This document shows, in pieces, positions 56,387-63,111 of a DNA stretch of 64,000 nt. Positions within the stretch are counted from its first letter, which is position 1. Every line of letters begins with the position of its first letter. Source of the stretch: an uncultured Alphaproteobacteria bacterium (GTDB lineage: Bacteria > Pseudomonadota > Alphaproteobacteria > Sphingomonadales > Sphingomonadaceae). Below the pieces are notes generated by a model. It saw only the letters and a program-made list of their open reading frames with translations, had not been told where the DNA came from and did not search any database. Location of the stretch: NCBI GenBank assembly GCA_963800335.1, contig CAWDAN010000006.1, positions 13,659 through 77,658 on the forward strand. Direction: 5' to 3'. The translations under genes were made by a program, and so were the position numbers.

Positions 56387-57115
56387 TCAGTGGTGCTGGC
56401 CGCCGAGCTTCTTGCGCATAGAATCGAGCGCACCCTTCTTGATCTGGCAAACGCGTGCAGACGACACACCCAGCACCGCGCCGATCTCTTCGAGATTGAG
56501 CTCCTCGACGAAGAACAGTTGCAACACCAGCTGCTCTCGCTCGCTGAGCGTGCCGATCCCCGCCTGGACGAGCTCGGCGAGCTGTTCACGTTCGAGCGCA
56601 ACGTCGGCGCCTTCGACTTCGGACGCGAACCAGATGCTGTGTTCGGAGTAGACCTCATCCATCGATTCCATCTGGACGTCGGCGGCCTGGTCGAGGCGTT
56701 GGAGGAAGTCGGCCTGATCCATGCCCAGTTCCTCGGCAAGTTCGGCCTGCGAGGGGTTGCGGCCGATGCGTTTCATCAGCGTGTCCTGCGCCTTGCGCAA
56801 CTGCTTGCGGAAATCGAGCGCCGAACGGCACATGTTGCTGTGCGCGCGCAGCTGGTCGATCATCGCCCCGCGGATGCGCGTGCCGGCATAGGTCGAAAAC
56901 TGGTGGCCCTGGTCTTCGTAGCGCCGCGCCGCCTCGATCAGCGCGACCATGCCGATCTGGATCAGGTCCTCGACCTCGATCGTTGCGGGCGACCGGCCGG
57001 CGACGTGCCAGGCGATCTTGCGGACCAGCGGAATATGATCCTGGATCAGCTGCTGCGGACGCTGACGTGCCGGTACGCGATCATAGGTGAGGGCGTGGCT
57101 GGTTTGGAAGTTCAT
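56387..57115 (-). CDS. fliA: flagellar RNA polymerase sigma factor FliA (sigma-28)
   Basis: Regions 2-4 of the sigma-70 family (DLIQIGMVALIEAARRY, LSEREQLVLQLFFVEELNLEEIGAVLGVSSARVCQIKKGAL). 13 nt downstream of flhA. Confidence 0.9.
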   Translation of the reverse strand: MNFQTSHALTYDRVPARQRPQQLIQDHIPLVRKIAWHVAGRSPATIEVEDLIQIGMVALIEAARRYEDQGHQFSTYAGTRIRGAMIDQLRAHSNMCRSALDFRKQLRKAQDTLMKRIGRNPSQAELAEELGMDQADFLQRLDQAADVQMESMDEVYSEHSIWFASEVEGADVALEREQLAELVQAGIGTLSEREQLVLQLFFVEELNLEEIGAVLGVSSARVCQIKKGALDSMRKKLGGQHH

Positions 57116-57128
57116 GACCGCGCTCCTT

Positions 57129-59243
57129 TCATAGCTGGGTGAAGTTGTGCTGGGCCTGCGCGACCGGCGGCGGCGTATCCTTGCCGCCTACCGTCGCGAT
57201 GACCTCGACCGGCTTGTCGTCGGGCAGCTCGCGGAACGACAGCACCGGAGTGTCGGGGAAGCGCGGTCGCAAGAGGTCGGACAGTGCCTTGCGAGCTGCC
57301 GGCGAGGTGACGAGCGCGAAGTTCTGCTGGCGCAGCATGAGCCGCTCGCTGGATTCCTCGATCGCGGTCAGGATGCGCTGGCCGAGGCCGGGCTCGATCG
57401 GGAAGCTGGCATCGCCCGCAACCTTGATCGACTGGCCGATCAAGCTTTCGAGTTCGGGATCGAGCGTGACGACGGGGAGCGGCATGCTAACGGGGACGAG
57501 CGCCTGGATGATGATCGATCCGATCCGCTGGCGGACGCGTTCGACGATTGTCGGGATGTCGCCGGTGCCGTCGCCGGTTGCTTCGACCATCGCCGAACAC
57601 AGGCGGCGGAAGTCGCGCAGCGGCACGCCTTCGATCAGCAGCGCGCGGCAGATGGCCGAGACCGCGAACAGCGACAACGGCTTGGGGGTGAGGCCGTCGA
57701 CGAGCTCTGGCGCACGGTCCTTGAGTGCATCGAGCAGCATCTTGGTTTCGTCCATGCCGAACAATTGCGCGGCATTGAGGCGGATCATGTGGTTGAGGTG
57801 CGTCGCCAGCACGGTCGAGGCGTCGACCACGGTATAGCCCGATACGATCGCTTCGGGCCGCTTGTCGGGCGAGATCCAGATCGCGTCCATGCCGAAGGTC
57901 GGGTCCTTGCAGGCTCGACCGGGGATCGTTTCGTCGATGTCGCCGCTGTCGATCGCGAGCATGTCTTCGGGCCAGATAATCCCCTCGGCGATCACGGTCC
58001 CGCCGATCGTGATACGATAGGCATTGGGGTCGAGCGTCAGGTCGTCCTTGATCCGGACCAGCGGGATGACGAAGCCGAGGTCCTTCGACAGCTGTTTGCG
58101 AATGCCGGTCACGCGTTTCATCAGCGGCGCATCGCGTCGTTCGTCGACGAGCGGGGTGAGCGCATAGCCGACCTCGACGCCGAGCACCGCCTCGTCGGAT
58201 ACGTCGCGCCAGTTGATCACGCTGGGATTGACCGGCGCTTCGTTGGCGCCTTCGTCGACTTCGGCGACGGGACGCGAGAAGCGCCAGGCGAAATAGCTCG
58301 CCACGCCGGCGGCGGGGAGGATGATGAAGTGCGGCATGCCGGGAAGCACGCCGAGGATGGCGAGGATCACCGCGACGGGCATCCAGGCCTTGGCCGATCC
58401 GAACTGCGATGCGATCTGGCCGGGCAGATCGAACGGCGAGGCGACCCGGGTGACGATTGCCGCGGCGGCGATCGAGAGCAACAGGGCAGGGACCTGGGCG
58501 ACGAGCGCGTCACCGATGGCGAGCATCGTATATGTCGATGCCGCTTCGCCGATCGACAGGCCGTGGCTGGTGACGCCAAGGACGATACCGCCGAAGATGT
58601 TGATGACGAGAATGAGAACGCCGGCGATCGCGTCGCCTTTGACGAACTTGCTGGCGCCGTCCATCGAGCCGTAAAAATCGGCTTCGGTGGCGACGTCGAC
58701 GCGCCGCTGCTTGGCCTCTTCAGGGGTGATCAGCCCGGCGCCGAGATCGGCGTCGATCGCCATCTGCTTGCCGGGCAGGGCGTCGAGCGTGAAGCGCGCA
58801 GAAACTTCGGACACGCGCCCGGCGCCCTTGGTGATGACAACCATGTTGATGATCATCAGGATGGCAAAGACAAACAGGCCGACGACATAGTCGCCGCCGA
58901 TCAGCATGCTGCCGAACGCTTCGATGACGTGGCCGGCCGCGTCGCCGCCTTCATGGCCCTGGACCAGCACGACGCGCGTCGAGGCGACGTTGAGGCCGAG
59001 GCGCAACAACGTCGCGAACAGCAACACCGTCGGAAAGCTCGAGAAATCGAGCGGCTTGGACGCGTTCAATGCGACCATCAGCACCGCGAGCGAGATCATG
59101 ATATTGGTGATGAAACCGATATCGAGGATGAACGCCGGGACGGGCAGCACGAGGAACACCACGAGCAACAGGGTGGCGAGCGGCAACAGCGCTGAACGGA
59201 CATCGAGCATGGCGCTGGGCGCTTTGGCTGCGGAGATGGTCAT
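57129..59243 (-). CDS. flhA: flagellar biosynthesis protein FlhA
   Basis: 704 aa. Eight-TM N-terminal domain (FPTVLLFATLLRLGLNVASTR, FVKGDAIAG) and a cytoplasmic export-gate domain. Confidence 0.93.
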   Translation of the reverse strand: MTISAAKAPSAMLDVRSALLPLATLLLVVFLVLPVPAFILDIGFITNIMISLAVLMVALNASKPLDFSSFPTVLLFATLLRLGLNVASTRVVLVQGHEGGDAAGHVIEAFGSMLIGGDYVVGLFVFAILMIINMVVITKGAGRVSEVSARFTLDALPGKQMAIDADLGAGLITPEEAKQRRVDVATEADFYGSMDGASKFVKGDAIAGVLILVINIFGGIVLGVTSHGLSIGEAASTYTMLAIGDALVAQVPALLLSIAAAAIVTRVASPFDLPGQIASQFGSAKAWMPVAVILAILGVLPGMPHFIILPAAGVASYFAWRFSRPVAEVDEGANEAPVNPSVINWRDVSDEAVLGVEVGYALTPLVDERRDAPLMKRVTGIRKQLSKDLGFVIPLVRIKDDLTLDPNAYRITIGGTVIAEGIIWPEDMLAIDSGDIDETIPGRACKDPTFGMDAIWISPDKRPEAIVSGYTVVDASTVLATHLNHMIRLNAAQLFGMDETKMLLDALKDRAPELVDGLTPKPLSLFAVSAICRALLIEGVPLRDFRRLCSAMVEATGDGTGDIPTIVERVRQRIGSIIIQALVPVSMPLPVVTLDPELESLIGQSIKVAGDASFPIEPGLGQRILTAIEESSERLMLRQQNFALVTSPAARKALSDLLRPRFPDTPVLSFRELPDDKPVEVIATVGGKDTPPPVAQAQHNFTQL

Positions 59244-59251
59244 AATAAGGG

Positions 59252-60049
59252 TCAGGCTCCCATCGACGCGAGCAGCATGTAGGCAAGCCGCGCATTGTTG
59301 TTCGAATTGAGGTCGGTGTTCGCAGGCGTGCTGCGCTGGGCGGCGAGCCGCAGGTAATCGGCAGGCTGGACGAACGGCATGTCCTTGCCGCCCGGCCGAT
59401 CCTTGCCGCCCGCCGGCAAGGCGGCGCCGTCGCCAAGCTTGGCGGCAAAGCGATCGCGGATCTCGTCGAAGCTGCGTGCGCGGCCGCCGGGGGCATAGAA
59501 GATCGAGCGGTTGGCCTGCGCCGCCTTGGCAAACATCGGTGCGGCAGGAGCATCGGGATCGGCGGCGTGCGCGGCGAGGAACTTGTGTGCCCCGCCGGCG
59601 CCGAGGAAATGGGCGAGGTAGAGATCGACCGGCGCCATCTGGCGATCGAGCCGCTGTTCGAGATAATCGCGATTGTCGGCGGCGAATTCGCCCGCCATCG
59701 CCGCGGCTGCCTCGGGATTGCGGCGCAGATCGAGGATCGCGCGGCGCATCTCGGGGTCGGCGACCTGGTAGCGGCCGCGTGAATCGCGCTGGATTGCGCC
59801 TGCGGCCCAGTCCATGCCGTGGTCTGCGCCATGCTGGTCGACGACCGCGAGCCAGCTCTGGCTGACGAACTGGTAAAGGCCGGTCGCCGAGCTGGTTGGC
59901 GCCTTGGCGTTGGGGTTGAGGCCGCTTTCGATGCGTGCCTGGCCCATCAGATAGTCGAAATCGATCCCCGTCCGCTGGGCGGACTGCGCGATGGCGCGGG
60001 TAATTCGGTCGACGCCTCCGCTGGAGGAGGGATTGAGTTGCGATGGCAT
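59252..60049 (-). CDS. lytic transglycosylase (SLT domain), flagellum-associated by context
   Basis: RBS AGGAG. SLT catalytic motif ARIESGLNPNAKAPTSSATGLYQF. No FlgJ rod-binding N-terminal domain. First gene after a sigma-54 promoter and upstream of flhA. Confidence 0.75.
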   Translation of the reverse strand: MPSQLNPSSSGGVDRITRAIAQSAQRTGIDFDYLMGQARIESGLNPNAKAPTSSATGLYQFVSQSWLAVVDQHGADHGMDWAAGAIQRDSRGRYQVADPEMRRAILDLRRNPEAAAAMAGEFAADNRDYLEQRLDRQMAPVDLYLAHFLGAGGAHKFLAAHAADPDAPAAPMFAKAAQANRSIFYAPGGRARSFDEIRDRFAAKLGDGAALPAGGKDRPGGKDMPFVQPADYLRLAAQRSTPANTDLNSNNNARLAYMLLASMGA

Positions 60050-60079
60050 GTGCCGTCTCCTGGTTTCATCAGGAGATTA

Positions 60080-60094
60080 GCAAGACCCGTGCCA
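60080..60094 (-). promoter_or_regulatory. sigma-54 promoter for slt-flhA-fliA
   Basis: Minus strand TGGCACGGGTCTTGC, an exact TGGCACG-N4-TTGC, 31 nt upstream of ATG 60049. Confidence 0.75.
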
Positions 60095-60117
60095 GTTTGA
60101 GCTGATGGGGTGGTGGT

Positions 60118-60417
60118 TCAGCCGACCGCGACGCGCGGGCCGTAGCTCAGCTGTTCGCTTTCGCAGCCGAGCAGGGCAAGCCTGCGACGCGTGTTGTCGG
60201 TGAGGATGCGGAGGCGATAAGCGGCGGCTTGCGACAATTTGTCGACCCGCTCGAGCGCTTCGCGCGTTTCGTTGCTGGCGTAAAGCGCCGGCGTGTCGCG
60301 CAGTTCTTCGAGCAGCGCGGATAGTGCGGTCGTCGCGCACATGATTTCCTGGGCATCGCCGTCGTCGAGCGCTGAAATGAGGCGTTCCTGGACGGCGTGG
60401 ATCTGGTCGAGCCGCAT
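60118..60417 (-). CDS. hypothetical helical protein, possible FlgN-like export chaperone (99 aa)
   Basis: 4 nt downstream of flgM, the usual flgN position. Predicted all-helical (LISALDDGDAQEI...LSALLEELRD). No firm motif, so the call rests on context only. Confidence 0.4.
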   Translation of the reverse strand: MRLDQIHAVQERLISALDDGDAQEIMCATTALSALLEELRDTPALYASNETREALERVDKLSQAAAYRLRILTDNTRRRLALLGCESEQLSYGPRVAVG

Positions 60418-60421
60418 CGCG

Positions 60422-60700
60422 TCAGGCTTCGCCGAAGAGGTCGAGGGCGATCATCTTCTGCGCAAGTTGCTGCGGATCGATGAGGTAGCTGCCGTCGGCG
60501 ATCGCGGCGCGGATAGTGTCGACCTTCGCCTGGTCGATCGGCGCGCCTTCGCCTGCGAGGACCGACGCATCCGACTGGCGGATCGCAGTTTCGTCATGGC
60601 TCGCGCGGACTCGGCTGATGGCCGATACGGCGCCGGTGCTGCCGCTGCGAATAGCTGCGGTGGAGGCCGGGCTATAGCTGTTGGGTCGCTCGATTTTCAT
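60422..60700 (-). CDS. flgM: anti-sigma-28 factor FlgM
   Basis: 92 aa. C-terminal FlgM motif IDQAKVDTIRAAIADGSYLIDPQQLAQKMIALD. Confidence 0.85.
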   Translation of the reverse strand: MKIERPNSYSPASTAAIRSGSTGAVSAISRVRASHDETAIRQSDASVLAGEGAPIDQAKVDTIRAAIADGSYLIDPQQLAQKMIALDLFGEA

Positions 60701-60728
60701 GATTACCTCTTTTATCTTGTCGCTACCG

Positions 60729-60755
60729 GTAACGGCAGGGCGCGACCGATCTTAA
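60729..60755 (-). promoter_or_regulatory. sigma-28 (FliA)-type promoter of flgM
   Basis: Minus strand TTAAG-N14-GCCGTTAC, 29 nt upstream of ATG 60700. Confidence 0.6.
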
Positions 60756-60796
60756 ATCTTTTTGTTCGCACGCCATTCAAGCGCTGCCGACCGTCG

Positions 60797-61321
60797 TCAA
60801 AAGCCCGGCACCGTGACTTCGCCGATGCCGGTGACCTTCGCCAGGATCGGCTTGGCCGAGCGGTTCTCCCGCACCGAGACCATGTCGCCGATCTTGGCAG
60901 TAGCATCGGCAATCATCGTGCGTGACAGGGTGAAGCCCGCGCCCTCGACGGTCAGGCGTACGGCCTGGCCGCGTGTGACCGCGGGAGTGTCGGCGGCGGC
61001 AGTCTGATTGTTCCCGCCCGAACCTGGCTGGCTTGCGCCGAGCAGCAGCGGAACGCGAATGGCCCAGCCGACGGCTTCGCAGCGCACGACTGCGGCACCC
61101 ATGACGGGTCCCGATACGGTCGCGGCGGTCGGACATGGCTTTAACTTGAGGCGGCGATCGATCGGCGCGCGTGCACCGCCGGGCTGGCCGATTTCGGCGC
61201 CCATGCTTGCTGCCACTGCGACGTCGAGTTCGGCCAGGTCCTGGAACGAGGCGGCCAATGCGGGCCCGGCAGCAAGCAGTGCGATCGCGGCAATGCTGCC
61301 GGAAATGCTGGAACGGATCAT
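60797..61321 (-). CDS. flgA: flagellar basal body P-ring formation chaperone FlgA
   Basis: Signal peptide (SIAAIALLAAGPALA). C-terminal SAF/FlgA motif (VTRGQAVRLTVEGAGFTLSRTMIADATAKIGDMVSVRENRSAKPILAKVTG). Start at ATG 61321 (RBS GAGGG); 61336 is an alternative. Confidence 0.85.
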   Translation of the reverse strand: MIRSSISGSIAAIALLAAGPALAASFQDLAELDVAVAASMGAEIGQPGGARAPIDRRLKLKPCPTAATVSGPVMGAAVVRCEAVGWAIRVPLLLGASQPGSGGNNQTAAADTPAVTRGQAVRLTVEGAGFTLSRTMIADATAKIGDMVSVRENRSAKPILAKVTGIGEVTVPGF

Positions 61322-61363
61322 GGTTTCTACCCTCATTCAGATATGGTTCTGTCCCCATTCTAA

Positions 61364-61378
61364 GCAAAGGTCGTGCCA
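61364..61378 (-). promoter_or_regulatory. sigma-54 promoter for flgA
   Basis: Minus strand TGGCACGACCTTTGC, an exact TGGCACG-N4-TTGC, in the 47-62-nt gap between the motB-like stop and flgA (width depends on the flgA start chosen). Confidence 0.7.
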
Positions 61379-61383
61379 GCTCG

Positions 61384-61827
61384 TCATTCGCCGATCGAAA
61401 TCGTGATATCGGGCGACCCTGCACGCGCAAGCGGCAGCTGCGGTTCGATCCTGTCGTCGGGATAGCCCGATGCTTCGAGCGCATAGACGATCGCCGCGGT
61501 CCGTGCTGCCGCTTGCTCCCAGCTGTTCATCCGTCCCCCTGGTCCCGGCGTGTCGATCGCCACACCGACCGCAAGGCGCCGGCCCTTGGCGCGCTTGGCG
61601 AGGCCATCGAGCCAGGTCTTGCCGCGGGTAGAGATGCGCGCTTCGTTAGGCGGGAAAATCTCGGTTAGCGCGATCGAGACGACTTCACGGTATTTCTCGG
61701 GGTCGTTCGGCCTGATCGCCACCGAGGCCCGGGCCTCGCGCTGCTCGAGCTGGCCGATCAACGCGACCGATCCGAGCAGGATCAGCGTCAGGTCGACAAA
61801 GCCGAACATCGAGCGAGATGCGCTCAT
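61384..61827 (-). CDS. compact MotB-like stator subunit (147 aa)
   Basis: ATGA overlap with the MotA-like gene. N-terminal TM helix with an Asp at its cytoplasmic end (MFGFVDLTLILLGSVALIG). The C-terminal segment keeps only the OmpA/MotB core (LAVGVAIDTPGPGGRMNSWEQAAARTAAIVYALEASGYPDDRIE). About half the length of typical MotB proteins. Confidence 0.6.
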   Translation of the reverse strand: MSASRSMFGFVDLTLILLGSVALIGQLEQREARASVAIRPNDPEKYREVVSIALTEIFPPNEARISTRGKTWLDGLAKRAKGRRLAVGVAIDTPGPGGRMNSWEQAAARTAAIVYALEASGYPDDRIEPQLPLARAGSPDITISIGE

Positions 61828-62552
61828 CGCGCGTGCGCCCTGTGTGCGTGCGGCATCACATAGACGACCGAGTCATCGGGATTGTTGGTGGGATTGCTGA
61901 TGGGGTTTTCGGCAGGCTTTTCGCGATATTCGTCGCGCGCCACCTCGAGCAGTCGGTCGCCTATGTCGCTTTGCCAAGCCTCGTCCTCAGCGCCGAACAG
62001 CGCGAGCCGCCGCGCGATCGGTCCGGCTATCAGGTGGGCGAAGACCAGGCCATAGAGAGAGGTGAGCAGGCACAACGCCATCGCCGCGCCGACCCCGGCC
62101 ACGCTTTCCATGCGCGCGAAAATCTGGACGAGGCCGACCACGGTGCCGAGCATCCCCAATGCGGGGGCGGCGTCGGCAATGTCGTTCCAGACCTGGATCG
62201 CGCGTGCGCGCCTCGCCTTATGGGCGTCGAGCAACCGTGCAACCGCGCGGGCGAGCGCGTCATATCCCTTGGTGTCCGACATGAGCTCGCCGATATCGTG
62301 CGTGAAGGTGCAGCTCCGGGGTCCGCGATCGGCGCAACCGATACCGCGTCGCTTGACGATATCTTCGACGATCAGCGTTGCGAGCCGGGCCCGCTCACCC
62401 TCGCCGCGGCGACGAAACAGGCGCGGCAGGCTTGCAAAACCGATCGCCAGTCCGCCTGCGCCGTTCTGGATCGCCGCGATCAAAAGGCAGCCCAGGCCGA
62501 CCAGCGCAAGCGCCGCAGGATCGAAATATTGGCTGATTTCCATGGCCATCAT
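61824..62552 (-). CDS. MotA/TolQ/ExbB family proton-channel protein (short MotA-like, 242 aa)
   Basis: MotA_ExbB core with both signature prolines (AAPALGMLGTVVGLVQIF ... LTSLYGLVFAHLIAGPIARRL). N-terminal TM helix, a short cytoplasmic loop and a Pro/Asn-rich tail. Confidence 0.7.
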   Translation of the reverse strand: MMAMEISQYFDPAALALVGLGCLLIAAIQNGAGGLAIGFASLPRLFRRRGEGERARLATLIVEDIVKRRGIGCADRGPRSCTFTHDIGELMSDTKGYDALARAVARLLDAHKARRARAIQVWNDIADAAPALGMLGTVVGLVQIFARMESVAGVGAAMALCLLTSLYGLVFAHLIAGPIARRLALFGAEDEAWQSDIGDRLLEVARDEYREKPAENPISNPTNNPDDSVVYVMPHAHRAHAR

Positions 62553-62571
62553 GCGCCGACCGCAAGGGCAG

Positions 62572-62605
62572 CGGCAAAGTCTTGCCGCGCGGCAAAATCT
62601 TGCCG
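62572..62605. promoter_or_regulatory. two tandem perfect palindromes CGGCAA-N4-TTGCCG
   Basis: CGGCAAAGTCTTGCCG (62572-62587) and CGGCAAAATCTTGCCG (62590-62605), with an 18-nt period, 20-53 nt upstream of the MotA-like start codon. Same arms as the palindrome at 36138..36153. Confidence 0.5.
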
Positions 62606-62669
62606 TTCATAAGCGGCCTTGCCTTCCAGACGCGCCGGAAGTGCGGCTTTTGCTCGCGGATTCATGATT

Positions 62670-62685
62670 TGGCACGCCCCTTGCT
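62670..62685 (+). promoter_or_regulatory. sigma-54 promoter for flgBCD...
   Basis: TGGCACGCCCCTTGCT, an exact TGGCACG-N4-TTGC, 77 nt upstream of flgB ATG 62761. Confidence 0.75.
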
Positions 62686-62720
62686 TATCTACGTTCGACA
62701 GACCCATCGGCTCAGTGTCT

Positions 62721-62747
62721 TCAACGGCAAGGGCGGGGCAGGATTAA
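62721..62747 (-). promoter_or_regulatory. sigma-28 (FliA)-type promoter facing the MotA/MotB-like pair
   Basis: Minus strand TTAAT-N14-GCCGTTGA, in the same 19-nt register as the flagellin, flgM and fliD promoters. It would give a leader of about 160 nt containing the tandem palindromes. Confidence 0.5.
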
Positions 62748-62760
62748 GCAGGAAGCGACT

Positions 62761-63108
62761 ATGGTAGACAAAATTTTCGGTATCCACGGGGACGCGCTGC
62801 AGCTGCGATCGCAGCGGTTGTCGATGTTGGCCTCCAATATCGCGAACGCCGCGACGCCGGGATACAAGGCCCGCGACCTCGATTTCGACAAGGCGATGCG
62901 CGAAGTGCGCGGCGGCGGCGACGCGTCCAGCGCGATGCAGGGCAACGCCGGCTATCGCGTCCCGCTCCAGTCTTCGCTCGACGGCAACACCGTCGAGATG
63001 TCGACCGAACAGACGCTCTTTGCCGAAAATGCTGTCGGCTATTCGACCACGCTGTCGTTCCTGGAAGCGCGCGTGATGACGATCACCCGCGCATTGAGAG
63101 GGGAATAA
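62761..63108 (+). CDS. flgB: flagellar basal-body rod protein FlgB
   Basis: Rod-protein N-terminus LASNIANAATPGYKARDLDF and a FlgB C-terminus. Confidence 0.9.
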   Translation: MVDKIFGIHGDALQLRSQRLSMLASNIANAATPGYKARDLDFDKAMREVRGGGDASSAMQGNAGYRVPLQSSLDGNTVEMSTEQTLFAENAVGYSTTLSFLEARVMTITRALRGE

Positions 63109-63111
63109 CCC

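Noticed and set aside
57147-59195. 682-aa plus-strand ORF antisense to flhA
   Set aside because: It fully overlaps the well-supported 704-aa FlhA. The composition is Arg/Asp/Gly-rich with no TM helices or motifs, so it is a GC-driven artefact. The same reasoning applies to 12698..14539 (-), 28700..29788 (-), 30172..31470 (-), 37552..39012 (+), 45348..47009 (+) and 51724..52941 (+).
62395-62610. 71-aa minus-strand ORF covering the tandem palindromes and the 5' end of the MotA-like gene
   Set aside because: It is out of frame with the MotA-like gene, has no RBS and gives a low-complexity translation. The palindromes explain the local sequence constraint.
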